Part shown: positions 22,851 through 36,665 of the stretch, one piece after another
Layout of the letters: the number at the start of each line of letters is the position of its first letter
Numbering within the stretch: position 1 is the first letter of the stretch
NCBI GenBank assembly: GCA_050084515.1
Contig: CM114271.1
Location: forward strand, 7,626,001-7,690,000
Source of the DNA: Blasia pusilla
Taxonomy: Eukaryota
Length of the DNA: 64,000 nt
Direction of reading: 5' to 3'
Notes under the pieces: generated by a model
The model's input: the letters and a program-made list of their open reading frames with translations, nothing else
The model's database searches: none
What the model was told of the DNA's origin: nothing
Program-made: the position numbers and the translations under genes

Positions 22851-25800
22851 CATTAGAAGAAAAGCTTGGTTGTATAACTGCTTTTTATGACTCGTTAGAG
22901 TTATATATCTCAATCAATGACTACAAATGACTAGTCATTTGTAGTCATTGATTGAGATATATAACTCTATAAGCCAAATGTGTAGGTTGAGCTACAAAAG
23001 CCAAGCCATTTAAGCCAAATGACTAATACAACTCCCTTAGTTAGCTAATGGAGATGACTCAAGCAAGGAGTCATTTCATCGCGACTGCCATATCTTATGA
23101 TGATGTGTAATTATGACACATCATCATATGACATGGGCATGCCATATCAGCTTGAGCACTTAGCGTATGACACATCATCAAGTGACATGGAAAATAAGAC
23201 AATTTATTAAACGTAGTCATTTTTTTTAGAAATAACATGACAACTAACCTAGTCATGAATGAACATATGGGTTGAAGTAATGGAAAATATCCCACACCAT
23301 CTCTTGATATATTCAGAAGTGTACAAAAATATTTATTAGTGAGTCAAATATAACTAAAGCCCACTCATGATCATGTAAGAATGACTTGAGTAGTAATCAT
23401 GTGTTGATTGAAATGACTCGCGTAGTCTTTCATTAAATTAATATCGAATGATTGAGTTGCCTAGTAATGATTGCTCAAGTCATAAAATTGATGGATAACG
23501 ACTAGTTGAGTTATTGGATTATGACTATGTAAGTGATTAAAATGGTAATTTGGAAAATAATGACTCGAAGAGTAATCCATTTACTTCTCATTGAGTAATT
23601 AAATCATTTGTGGTAATTTAGTAATGACTTGTGGAATAATTGCTATATGGTTGATCTAGTCATTTACTTTATGCTTTATGGGCATAATATATGATTCCTT
23701 TAGTTATTATGTAATCACGAATGAAATCATTTTAAATAGAGCTTCGGTGTAATATTTCACATTTATCAATGCTAGCAATAGATGTAGGAGAAGTTTCTGC
23801 AAAGAAAAAATCTAGCAAGACAAAAGAAGGCGTGAATGCAAAAAAATAGAAGTCATCAATATGAGAGCTTAAAGTAAAAAATCTATTCATTCAAGACTAA
23901 ATTATATTCTTGATAAAGACATTGAGCAAAAAAATGGACAAACCTTACTAAATCTTAGTCTCTTATTAAGCGGAGGAATAGATACATCTGAAGTAAATAG
24001 AAATCATTGGGCCATGCATATGATTATAATCAAAAGTTTTTAGAAGTAATGAAAGCATTCAAAATTGTTCCCTATTTTTGTGAAGTTTTTATAGGTCAAA
24101 ACAAAGAAGTCTAATTTATCTAATGCATTGCCTTTCTCATATGTATTTCTGGCCAAATCATGGTCGATCCCAATGCATTAGCAAAAGTTAGTTGTGGCGG
24201 ATCATCTTCTTTATTGGCCAGCCATCATGCTTTGGATCCAAAACTTCAATAAGAGTGATCCGTACCATTCCCATCGGGATGTCCTTCCCATGGAATGTTT
24301 CCTTGCCTCCAAACCCTAAGATTATTTCGGAGCCAAGCACCATCCTACTCAGCTTTGGTTTGGTGAGAAGAACATGATCATCCATTCGTAACTACAACAC
24401 ACCACACCAACAACAAGGACAATGTGTTATAAGTCACGGTAGTTTCAGCTATAAAGATGCTAGACTCACAACCTACATGGGTAAGAACTATAATTTATCT
24501 TCTTGAAGGACCAGCACCACGACAATAGATGATGTGAGGATGTCACTAGTCCTACACGATCAATTAGCTGTCCAAGAAAAATTGATATCAGTCACCTTCC
24601 ATAAGTCGGACTTGCAATAGTTTAAGTAACATAGAAGTAATTTACGTTTGTTTTTCATTTAGATGAACTTGACCTTGTTTCACTTTCTTGTTCACAAGGT
24701 ACATCAGAATGAGGCTTAGACTTCCTCGTCTTCTTGAGAGATGGCTTATGCTTGTTGTCCACGCTTTGACATTCTATGCACGACCAAAATTGTATATTCA
24801 AACAATATAAAATTAAACACGACTAAACTAGCTTGTCTACCTAATCAATAAACTTTAGAATTCATAACTTTTGGTGATGGGAAGCTATGTCCTTATGTGT
24901 ATTCCATGTGGTTGCATACTCCCCATTGTTTGACGAAGACCTTTTCTTCAAACTTGCCATTGGCTCTAGGTAAGGAACATCAAAGAGTTGAACAAAAAAT
25001 TAGCACTCAAGGACATGCAAATACTCAGTTATATCTTGCACGGTCATGATAAATTTTTGTACCAAAAAAATTGTGAATTAAAAGTTTAGATGATGGTATT
25101 GCTTTCTTACCTGTAAATTGTATGGTAGCATCCTCATCATCCTATGTGGAAATACCCCTCTTTCAAAGTCACATTCACCTCTCCATTGGTGTGATTTGGA
25201 CAAGAAACCGTGTCTAGAATGAGTCCAATTATATGAAAAAAAATCCACTCTGAAGATTATTAGCTGCGTGTTCGATATTTTAACACTACTAAAACTAATA
25301 AAAATGTATTCAATGTTGAAGGATGCCTTAACAACAGAAAAAAAATGTTCTTCACATTCACAAAAATTGTCAAATCCTACAACTTAACTTCATCCAGGGT
25401 CAGAACCTATACTAGAACCTGACGTAGACCTCAAAAATCAGATGAGTTTATACCCATCTAACATAACTTTGGAATGTGTGAGAACTTATACCAAAACCCA
25501 ATGTTGATTTAGATGATCCACCTAGCATATGCTTCTCAAAAGTTGCGCAAGAGTAGTGTGAAGACCTTGACTAAAAGCTAATGAAGATTCATAGCTCAAA
25601 AAGCGAAGACTTTCCAAACTTCATTTCAAAAAGTGTATAAACTTGTTCCAAACCTGACATAAATTCAGAAATCAAGGGCTTCTCAAAATATGGATTGAGA
25701 AGTGACAAAACCAATACTAAAACATATTGTAAATTCACAAAAAGGAGGAAATTAATACATGTAACTTTGAAAAGTCAATGAATCTATACTAAAAGCTGAC

Positions 25801-26600
25801 ATAAACTAAGATATATCACCAAGTATATACTTTACAAACTTAATTTCAAAAGGTCCTATAAAAACCTTTTTTTAATCTGACGTAAATTCAGAAATCAAAA
25901 AACATGGGCTTCTATAAATGTGAATTGTGAAGTGACAAAAACCAATACTAAAACTTGATGTAAAATCATAAATCAAAAAGGAGAAAATTAACAAGCTCAA
26001 CTCTAAATAGTCAATGAGCCTATACTGAAACCTGTCGTAAATTCATATATATCATCAAGCATTCAGGTCTCTAACAAAGTTGTGTTTTGTGTAAAAACCG
26101 GAATGCCCTAAAACTTGAGATAAATTCAAACTTGATCACCAAGTGAATACTTCTCTAACCTCATTGTGTGGTGTGTAAAAATCTACATGGACTAAGCGTG
26201 ACGTAAGTGCCGAAACCAATAATCACTTTTTAAAAATTCAACTTTGACAAAAACATATAATCATAGAACTAAGTAATATGAAAAAGAATGTTACAAATCT
26301 TACCTACGTTTGGTTCCTTAATGGTTAGATGAACATAGATGGATGGGTGAAGATCTTGCAATTGTATATAGGATGGGAAGAGCATACGTAGTGGAAATCA
26401 GCATATATAATGGTGCTAGCTTTGAAACCATCTCTATTAGTATCCCCAATATTTTGTTTTGCTGTTCCATTTGGGACTTGACATCATCCAAATCTGCACT
26501 CCACTTCTTCTCTACTTCTTCCAATTGAATTTGTATCTAGTATGAAAGCCAAGAGAGGTGGCACCTATAGCATCATTTACTACCGCCATCACTTTGCCTA
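22851..26600 (-). mobile_element. Probable CACTA/En-Spm remnant (one terminus plus TnpA-like gene fragments)
   Basis: CATTAGAAGAAAA at 22851 resembles the CACTACAAGAAAA TIR and is followed by ATGACT/AGTCAT subterminal repeats. The 24150-24385 peptide (FHGKDIPMGMVRITLIEV...ALGSTMIWP) resembles En/Spm accessory-protein C-termini. Confidence 0.5.
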
Positions 26601-26618
26601 AGGATTTGATTGAAGGAC

Positions 26619-29537
26619 TGTAATGCCCACATTTTTTTAATTTGGTTAGGAAGGTCGTTTTTTGTACAGAATTGTAGTGAAGTCTTCATCGAGTGAAGAC
26701 TAAAGACTCAAGACGGGAAGTAAAGAGGAATGCTTTATAGAAATTGTGTGGGAGCATGAAGAGCTCCGTTGAAAGGACACGAGAGAGTAAGAAATTGAGG
26801 ACTGTCTTGGAGGAGTCAGAACTGTTTAAGAGTAAGAAAAGAGTTGGAAAGAAGAAATTTAAGAGGCGCGAGTACTTCGTGGCGAAGACCGCAAGCAGGA
26901 AAGAGAGTGGAAGATTGTGAACAAAGAACAAAGACGAAGAATGAAGAGCGAAAACCAAGAAATCCAAGAAGTAGGAGAAAGAAGAAGAGGAAATCAAAGA
27001 GTCTTCACAAAGCAGAAAAGATGCATGAAAAGTAGGAATAGAAGGAAAGAAGGGTCGCGAGGAGGACTTCTTCGCGGCGGCAGCAAAAGAAGTATAGTCT
27101 TTGCAAAGATAGGATAAGAGTCTTTACGAAGATAGGATAGGACTCTTTGCAAAGACAGGATGGAAGTTCTTTGTGCCAAGAAAAGACTGTAAATAATGGA
27201 CCGTCGCGGCAGTTTGGAAGGTAAAAATGGAGGGGCGCCATGGATCCATTGGAAGAGGAAGAGACACCAACCGACTTAAGGGAAGTGAAGGGTTGGAGGA
27301 TTTGAACCGTGGGATTGACAGTTAGAAATCTACAAGGAAGTAGAAAGATCAGCAACGAATTATATAAAGACTATTGAAAGAGTAAAGAAGAAGAGTGAGG
27401 GATCATTCCCTTGTGTCATGAGTTCCCAATACTCTTGTTGATTGTGTGAAGAAGCTCTTGAGGGATGATCTGAGCCGAAGAGTCTAGTGCACTGTAATGT
27501 ACAACTCAAGGAAAAAGATACTCTTTCTATCGCAAAGTACTAAGTTTGTTCCCAAAAGACCATTGTTTCCTGAGTAAAGAGAGGTTTTATAAGAAATATC
27601 AAGAATAACTCCTTCTTCACTGATTTTTACTGACTAACTACAACTACACTGTCTTTATAAGTACAAAAGGATAAAAAGATTTTCTTCCCTCTTGGAAAAG
27701 ACTCTTCTCAAGTGCAGACAAAGACTCTTGCGACTCTTGAATAAAAAAGCTCCAAGGAAGACCTCAAGGAGACCTCAAGAATGGCGGCTCGCCCTACTTT
27801 CAGAATTGAATATGTCATTGCAGGTTACTCACTATCTAACAGCTTTCCTACGTTCTTCTTGATTATCTTATGGAATTCCGAAGTCACAAGACTCAACTCT
27901 CATTCCTATTGCAGCCCAGTAAGATTTTACACTCAACTCCGCACATCAGAAAGCATGAGAGAAGACTCTTCTTTTGCATCAAAGAGTGGAAAGAACTAGA
28001 AAGGATTATAAGCTTCAGAAAGTAAAAAGGCTCTTCAGCTTGGATCATCCCCCAACAATCTATCTACACAATCCTCATAAGTACTAGAAAATTCCAGATG
28101 CAAGGGAATGATCTGTCTTCATCCGATTAGTTACAAGTATTTGGGAGATTCAGGGCACTAGGGAATGACCCCGTGCTCTTCTGATATATTCCTTAAATAG
28201 TCTTTTACAATTTGTGATTGGTCTTCCTATTCTACTCTAGATCTCTAAGTGCTAATCCTAACCTCCTCCATTCAAATTCCCAACTCTCCATCTTCCCAAG
28301 ATAGTTGGTTGCCCTGGCGATTCACTTCTGCTCTCTTTTAACCTGCCGCGCCGCTCCATTTTTGGCTTCCAAAACTGCCGCAACGGTTCTGTCTTCACAG
28401 TCTTTGCACTCTTTGTAGTCTTATCTTCGCAATCCTATCTTTGCAATGACTCTTTGATCTTCTCAGTTTCCATAGAGAGTCTTCCCTGCTATTTTTCGTA
28501 ATTTCATTTTCTTCTAACACATCTCCTTTCTATTTCCTAGTCCTTATATACCCTTCCGCGTTGTGAAGACTCTTTAATTCCTCTTCTTCTTCTTCTTCCT
28601 TCTTACATTTCGTAGTCTTCAATCTTTGATCTTCATTCTTCGCTCTTCGTTCCTTATACCGAGTCTTTGCACAAAGACTCGCTTTAGTCTTTTCTTGTAA
28701 AGAAGCCTCTTCCCAGTCTTTGTTGACAATCTTTACCAGTGTTCCTCTTGCGGTCTTCCTTACGAAGTACGAGTGCTTCCTTTTCTAACTTCTTTTCCTA
28801 CTTTTACACAATTCTCACTCGTCCAAGATAGTCCTTAATCTTCTAACATCTCATGTCCTCTCATCAGAGCTCTGTCAGTCACTGTTTTCACACAATTTCA
28901 GTAAAGTACGCCTCTTTACTTCCGGTATTGAGTCTTTAGTCTTCACTCAAGGAAAGCTTCTGTACAAAAATTGCTCTTTTTGTCAAAATTTCAAAATGGT
29001 AGGCACTACATGCACTCTAAATCTTGTACTACTTTCTAGTTTCCTCCACTCTTTGAAGCAGTAGAAGTGTCCTTATTCATTCTTGCTGATGTGTGGAGAA
29101 AATTGTCAATCTTATTGGGCTGCCGTGAGGAGGAGTGTAAAGTCTTTGATTTCAGAATTTCAGAAGGATAATTGGGAAGAGCGCATGAAAGTTGTTAGAT
29201 AGTGAGTAACTTGCCGTGACAGATTAGGTTTTGAAAGTAGGATGAGCCGCCACCTTCTTGAGGTCTCTTTGAGGTCCTTGTTTGAACTTTCGTATCCAAG
29301 ATTCATAGGATTCTTTCCCTGCACTTGAGAAGAGTTGTGCTTGGAGGGAAGAAAACCATTTTAATCTTTTGTACTAGTGAAGACTGCGTTGTTGCAGTTA
29401 GTGAAGTGCTTAGTGAAGAAGAAATTCCTTATAATTCTTATAAAACCTCTCTTTACTCAAGAAACAGTGATCTCTTGGGAATGAACTTAATACTTTACGA
29501 TTAAAAGAGTACTTTTTCCTTGAGTTGTACATTACAG
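26619..29537. repeat. Solo-LTR-like unit (26619-28160) followed by two inverted partial copies (28161-29010 and ~29020-29537)
   Basis: TGTAATGCCC...GGGCACTA ends. The reverse complement of 28920-29010 matches 26619-26730, and that of 29460-29537 matches 27492-27570. Confidence 0.7.
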
Positions 29538-30139
29538 GACATGTCCATGTAGCAAACATGCCTGTGACCATGAGGAGTGTTATAGTTGCCGCATCATTCC
29601 ATGCAGGAGAGGTATCCTTGTGTGGCTCAAGGTAGGAGCTTCAATGCTTCTATAATCTCAACCTTTGTAACTCCTTTTAGGAGTAAACATGTTTTCAGTT
29701 GTGTGTATTAAAAACATGAAATGTGCTATCAAGGATAGGGGGAGAGCAACGTAGTCGAAAGTCATGGTGGAGAAATGTATGGGGAGGGCACTCTCAAGTT
29801 TTTCCATTTGGTGATCCGGTGGTGCTTGTAGTGATCATAATACACATAAGATAATTCATGCCCGAATAATTTACCTTCGAAGGGAATTGAGCTTGGCACC
29901 AATTGATCTGTGCAAGAGGCTTTGGCAATTGTAAGGAAATGACCCTTTTTTTGGCATCCTACTTGTGAAAAAATTTAAACTTCCATAATTTCTTATAAGG
30001 GTATTTAGGATACGTGGCGTGAGCTGAGAGCTTAAAAAAGAAGAGGAGATATTAAAAAAAAAAAAAGATAGAAATCAAAATATGTTAAGTCGAGACTTCA
30101 TGGCATTATAGGAAAATGTTGACAAATCAATAGAATCTT

Positions 30140-30583
30140 GATGTCACGTCTTTTTAGATAGATCGATAAGATCTAGTAGAGTGCCTTCACAGATATAGGA
30201 GGATAGCCTTAGGAGGTCAAGGATGACTTATTGAGGCCACGGATAACCTGAGAGAGCAGGTGTCCCCTTAGTTTAGCTCATTTGGAACCATTTTGAGAAA
30301 CTAACTATTTCGGGTAAATTTCTATTTTGAGTATAAGTGAATTTGCATTTTGTAAAGTGGCCCTTGACCCGCTATAGCAAGTCAAGAGCCAAGAAGGTGA
30401 CCAGCAAGCATAGGTTACCTTAGAGAGCTTGTGAGAGGGAAGGGGTTATACCTCAAGGAGAGAGAGTTTGAGAGCTCCTTCTCTCTTTGTTGAACCACTT
30501 AGCATGAGGCGATGAAACTATGGTCCTCCTTGCTTTATGTGTATGATCCTAGCCTCTCATTAGGAGAGTGGGTTTGGTTTGAC

Positions 30584-30659
<76 letters not shown>

Positions 30660-30680
30660 ACTATGTAGCTCTTTGGTTCG
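30140..30680 (+). repeat. Dispersed repeat, inverted homolog of 60330-60790
   Basis: agatctagtagagtgcc...gaggtcaaggatgac...gctcatttgg shared on opposite strands. Confidence 0.8.
30588..30658. repeat. (GA)35 microsatellite
   Basis: Perfect dinucleotide run. Confidence 0.98.
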
Positions 30681-32194
30681 TGATTTTACAAGTTTGAGAT
30701 TTTCTTTGGGAGAAATGAAGGCACATACACTGCCAAATTTTGTGTAGGAGTGAAGATTGAAGGGTTGCACGACAGTCCTTGCCAATTTTTCATGGAAGGT
30801 TGAATGGAGGAACTGGTTTAATAAGGTCATAGATCAAGAAGATGTGCACGCTGCCAAAGAAATGGTGCACAATTTTGAGATTGAAGCACAAAGTTGTGGT
30901 TGATCTTGCAAGCTGCCATAGCCACCATTCCAATGTGTGAGTGAAATTTCGGTTCATGGTGGTAACTTTTCGTGTGGGGTAGCAAAGTATCAAGTAGTTA
31001 CTTTTTGGGAGGTAAAAAAAGTGGAGTGTCATCTAGTGCCAATTCTTGCCGTTGATGAGCTAATGATCATCATATGGCACCATTTTGCTTGTTTGTTTTG
31101 GGCGCAAAAACTAACAGATGAGTCGTTCTAGTAGCCAATGGCATGGTTGATTAAGGGAATTTCTTGTCGAGCCGACGTCACCAAGAGGGCCAATACAATT
31201 ATGTCGGCATCAAAACAACGTGCACTGCTCTTTTTGTTTACCTTCCAGTGATGGTAGGTGACCTCTTGATGTATGGGTTTTTAATTGTCTTTCCGCTGTG
31301 CTATGCATAGTGTTTAGTAGCCGCTCAACGACGATCGAGTACCGTGCCATGATGCCCATAGCTGCACCATCACAGGGGAGTAAAGCGTGTCTTGCTGATA
31401 GAGGAGGGTATGCCGTTGAGTTCCGCATCCCATCACCGAGTGCCGTGCTATTTGTAATCATTCTGTGCCGCCAGTGCCGTCACATATCGGCAGGTTCCCA
31501 GCACACATCGAGGAGATTTGAGCATCGTCAATACTAGAGGAGTACAACTTGCCTATTAGAGGAGTCTATCTTCATGACCGAGTCAAAGTCAACATTTGCA
31601 CTTGCTAAGGAGCAACATCGATATTTTTTTAGGTAACCCATGCTAGTCTTTTTCCCTACACGTGTTAGGGATTTCCAAGTGTTGGTGCAGTTATTGGGGC
31701 TATTGGGATTTGTGTAGATGTTAAGAGCATCATTGTTGTATGTGGTTTAGGGGATATAGACCTATGTGGGATGTCCAAAATTGAGGGTATGTTCTATCGA
31801 TGAGATGATAGGACAGTACTAGATTTTCCGCATCACGCCCCTTGTTGTAGCACAACACACGTCTCAGTGAGAAAGTTGTCGTGCGCATACGCATCGCTAT
31901 ACAATATACATCGCTGTCATCGAAGATTCACACAAACAAGCATGATCCCATGCTTACTCATGGCATCCAAACAATGAGATAAGAAGTACCAAAATATCTC
32001 CAATCGCCTCCCCTAGCTTGTGGTTAGGTCCCTCTAACTCCAGATACCCATCTATCCCTACCTACCATGACATACATCTCTCGGACGCTAAGAGCAAAAA
32101 GGCCAGGTACTCATGTGGCCCCATCGTTAGTCGCCTTCTTGTCATCCATGTCACAGACACAAGTCAAAATCTAGAAATACCTACTCTATGTACT

Positions 32195-32335
32195 TTGGGA
32201 CTCATCCATCATGCCCGATGAACCCTAGTGAGAGGTGGCGTGAGACATGCCATATGCCACCCTCTTGAACATACATCACAAACTAGCATAGTGGCTGCAC
32301 CACGCGCGGAACCACACAACAAACATCGCAAGCCT
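32195..32335 (-). pseudogene. PHD finger at the C-terminus of element C integrase
   Basis: CLLC...MLVCDVCSRGWHMACLTPPL; last Cys pair decayed. Confidence 0.85.
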
Positions 32336-35259
32336 GCATGAACTACTGCTAAGCTTGGATCAAGTGAACCATCAATGTTAGGAAGATGACATGGCGCAAA
32401 GTTATGCACGTGGTCCTTCCAAACCATACCATCTCCGCACTTCAATAAGAGAACGCCAGATGACAAAACCTCATGCACACTCAAGATAGTGCACCCTGCA
32501 GTTACATCCAACATCATGGGTGTCGTATGCTCCAATTAGACATAGTCTCCTTAATAGACGAATGGCTGTAGGAACTCTGACTCTCAGCCATAAAGTAGCA
32601 AGTACGGTGAGAAAGAGATTAAGGATGCATGCATATTGAATCTGTATCCCATCGCCAACAAGAGGTCCCAATCTCTTTGGTAATCTCTGTGCAAACCATA
32701 CTTGGGTAATCCTCTCTTCACCGTCTGCACAACCCTCTCCGCTAGTCCATCCCCCTTAGGATGATCTCGCAAAGTGGTGCGGTGGTCGATCCGCGCCTGA
32801 TCACATAAGCCCTGAAACTCATCGCGAAACTCTGTACCATGGTCTGTCAACACCTCACGTGGTGCACGGTAATGGCTGAGCACTTGATCTAGGAAGGCAT
32901 ACACTAGTCCCTCACTTGCTTTGTCAGGCAATGCAACCAACTCTATCCACTTCAAGAAGTGCTCCACCATCACCAACACATAACGACTATGGCACTCCGT
33001 CAAAGGTAAAGGTCCTGCAAAATTCAAACTCCATCTTTAACCTAAACCCATGATCGAAAGTTGATGCACCTGTGGAGTTAGAACATTGAACAATGCTTGG
33101 ACCTGATCACACACCATGCACATGGCAACAAACCGTTGAATGTCAGTCTGCATACCTTGCCACCAATACTATATCTGGAGCAAGCTATGCATCTGCTTCA
33201 CTCCAAAATGACCCAACTCCTCGTGGGCATGACGCACCAAACGTGCTCTCTATGAAGAATGAGGCACTAAATGTACTCTACCATCCTCCCAAACTTGCAA
33301 CACATGTGTCCCCTCCCACCAGAACCGTCTTGCTCATTGTAGGATTCGATCCCGCTCTCTAGTACCCACTGTGCTCACGACAGCCAATGGCAGGTACTCC
33401 AAGACTACTCCATTGTTATGGATGTCTCGGCCATCTGTCGTCTCCTCATCGGTCTCTGGATCTAAGGACTCTCCATCATACTTTGCCTTCGAAGTCTCAA
33501 TATTCTAGGTCTCCATAGCCAACGAGCCCAAATAGGTTGACGCGTGCCATCCTTGTAATAACTCCTCATCACTCTCTCCATGCCAACGAGCTCCAGTTGC
33601 ATCCCGCTGGCTCGAGCATGGGTAATGGCTCCAACCATCTGCATCCAAGTTAAGCGTCCCACGTCTATGTACCACGTGGAAGTCATACTCAAGTGACAAA
33701 AGAGCCCACCTCGCAAGCTTCCCTTCAAGCTTGTCGGACTCCATCAACTACTTAAGAGGCTGATGATCAATAACGATGGTAAAGGGATTTCCGAATAGAT
33801 AACATGTAAAATGCACGATAACCCACACTGCAGCCAAGCACTCACCCTCATACAAGCTATACTTTGCCTCTGTAGCATTGTTCGAGCGAGTAGCGTAAGT
33901 GACTACGAACTCTCTATCCTCATCATAATGTTGGGTGAGGACGGCTCCAAGCCCCAACATTCTCCAATCGTTATGCAATTGGAAATGATGCCCCCCGATC
34001 GGTCTCCTCAATATGGGTGTGCACGTTAATTGGTCCTTGAGCAGCTGAAAGGCTCTCTCCTGCTCATCCCCCTAGTTCCACTCTTGATCTACCTTGGTTA
34101 GCGAGGTTAGCGGCTTTGCAATCGCATTGAAACCCTTGACATAGTGTCGATAGAACTTCCCATGAATGCATGAACTTAATAGATAGATGTTCGATAGAGC
34201 CAATTCCATGATAGAACGTTGATAGAGCCAATCCCATGAATGCATGAACTTGACTCACATCTGTAGGGCGTGGAATGCGTGAAATAGCCTCTACCTTTTT
34301 CCGTTGCGCACCAAGGCCACCTGGGCATATGGTATGACCCAAGTACTCAATCTGGTCATAGCAAAACCTGCACTTGCCTGGATGTAGCTTCAACCCATGT
34401 AATAGCAATCGTCGAAACACCTCCTTTAGATGTCACTCATGCTCCTAAACCATGGCGCTAAAGACTACGATGTCATCAACATAACACCTAGAAAACTCCA
34501 GACCTCCCAAGATCCTATCCATGACCCTCTGAAACTCAACCGGGGCGTTCTTTAACCCAAATGGTAAGAACCACCAGTGGTACAAGCAATCCCTTCCATG
34601 AGGATCGATGCCCTAGAATGCCGTCTTCTCCTTATCCTCCAATGGGATAGGTAGCTGATGGTATCATGTTCAAAGATCTAACGAAGTGAAGACCTTTTCA
34701 TGCCCAGTAGCATCAAAGATCTCATCAGGGATGGGCATGGCATACCTATCGGACTTTGTCTCCGATTGATAGGTTGATAACCTCCACACATCCGCCTATC
34801 CGTCTAGTTGCCATGCACATCCTTCTTGGCGGGCATGACTTTGGCAGATGCATACTCTCCATGCAACATCTCCACGAGTCCTACTCCAACCAAGTCGTGG
34901 CTCCTATTATGAATCCAAGCACTCTCCATATCACTTTACTTGTAGGGTCTTCGAAAGATCGGTGTGTCACTCGACAACTCAATGCAGATGTCGGGACCCT
35001 TCAGTGTACCCAAATCATGCATTCTAAATGCAAAAAAGCTCCTATAACTCTTCAAGAACTGATGTATTCGGCGCCACTCTTTCCGTCAACTTACGGCCTA
35101 AATCTCCATTGTGATAACGGTAGGATTCTCCGGGGCGGGTATCGGTGGTTGCTATGGTGCAACCCAGTCTTGGATATAAGAACTCGACTACTCCCCTGCA
35201 GCCAACTACAAACTTTGATCTCCTCCACATGTAGTATATACACAACAGCTGTGATCTGT

Positions 35260-36520
35260 CCCAACCTCAAACACCGCTGCTCATCAACTCCTAAGCTGAA
35301 AATAAATGTCAAGCAGTTCAGGTGCATCGCTTGACCCAAGACATGATGTCGTGATGCCTCTGATAGTGACGGTACTATCGTCACTCCTATGGGGAATCCC
35401 ATCCCTTGCTCTCGCTCATCGGCGTTGGGCTCTACCAAGTGTTGTACCTTGTCATCCTAAACCAAGCCTAGCACGGCCTCCTTGAATGCATAGGAAGCGG
35501 GAAAACTTACAAATGTGGGAAATGGTGCCCATGGCATGCCAATCTTGTTGACCACAGTCAACGGAGGTCGATCATCATGCCGTATTGCTTGTGACCAACA
35601 ACCTCGATCTAGAATAGAATCCACCAACAAATGGAAGGGGCGCTCCACTATCGCATACGCCCTCCTCAAAACCTCATGTGGCACCAAGTTTGTCCACCAA
35701 CAAGGTTGTGTGTGGACAAAGTCCGTGTCCGTGGACTAATGTCCCTCCTATGGAAGAACTTGTCCATATGGGCCCCAGCTTTCCCTTCTTTCTCATTCCC
35801 CTTACTTGCCTTCGTGTTCCATACTCTCCCATTTCTTCCTCCCTCCACCTCCACTCCCTCCTCCCTCATTGCTCCTCTCATCCTTGCCTTGCCTTCCATC
35901 ATGGACTAAAAGTGTGGGTCCCACCTCTCGGAACCCATGTCCGTGGACATATCCAAACTTGTTCGTGCATGTCCGTACTAAGGAAGGACTTGTACTTAGC
36001 AACCATGTCTACCAAAGACACAGGCGATGTGCTCGTGAACCTACACTCGTCGCATCCAACAACATTTCCGGGCCGATCCATGCTCGTACCTGATGTGCAC
36101 TTATCACCACTCACTATCTCAAATCGCCAAAATTGGCACATTCTCCTGAATGTATGTTGGAGAACGGGACTGATGTTCTTCCAAGTGACGCAAGATCTGC
36201 GTCATCTCCCAAAACAACCTAGATTGAGTGTCAGCCAATCCACTACCTCGTCGAGCACTCGACTGGCACAGACACGACCAACCAGCAATGACCAAATCTA
36301 TGGTCCCTATGCGGTCCAAGTTCTATGCCCCCAAAAATGAAATGTCCCTCAGTACGGAACTGTGGTAACCCTAGATGGCGGACGCAGACAACAACTCGAG
36401 AAATTGGAGGCGTAACTGCGCTACATGGTGAAGTGAAGCGCGCCTTCCAACATCATCAATCTCAACGGATAGATACTCTTGCATGCACACTCGTGCCTGC
36501 AAAACAACACCTAAGCTAGT
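35260..36520 (-). pseudogene. DNMT3-like C5 methyltransferase of element C (motifs II-X), disrupted by a ~0.4 kb foreign segment at ~35715-36120
   Basis: YLSVEIDD, DLVIAGWSC, SRLFWEM, YIQENV, EREQGMGFP, SRHHVLGQAM. Confidence 0.8.
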
Positions 36521-36665
36521 TGTCGTGCGCATACATATCGCTACACAACATACATCGCTGGTCACATCTACACCATACAACACCGATCTTCCCCACACAC
36601 GGGTTGATCCACACATATACAAAAATCAACTCATACATGTACATGGAGATCACACAACCTCTCCC

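Larger units (their letters stand above)
31877..36520 (-). mobile_element. DNMT-carrying Gypsy element C, 3' part (DNMT remainder, RT, RNase H, integrase, PHD)
   Basis: IDLVIAGWSC, YIQENV, ADEREQGMGFP; RT CYVDDIVV (~34480); RH YSLYEGECLAAVW; INT VMVEHFLKW, VLTDHGTEF, GLAERVVQT; purine-rich PPT-like tract at ~32005-32016. Confidence 0.85.

Noticed and set aside
29540-31870. Short ORFs as host gene exons
   Set aside because: No recognisable domain or consistent exon chain; partly dispersed repeat.
35715-36120. Possible MITE inside the element C DNMT
   Set aside because: Clearly foreign sequence, but no TIR or TSD could be identified; left unclassified.
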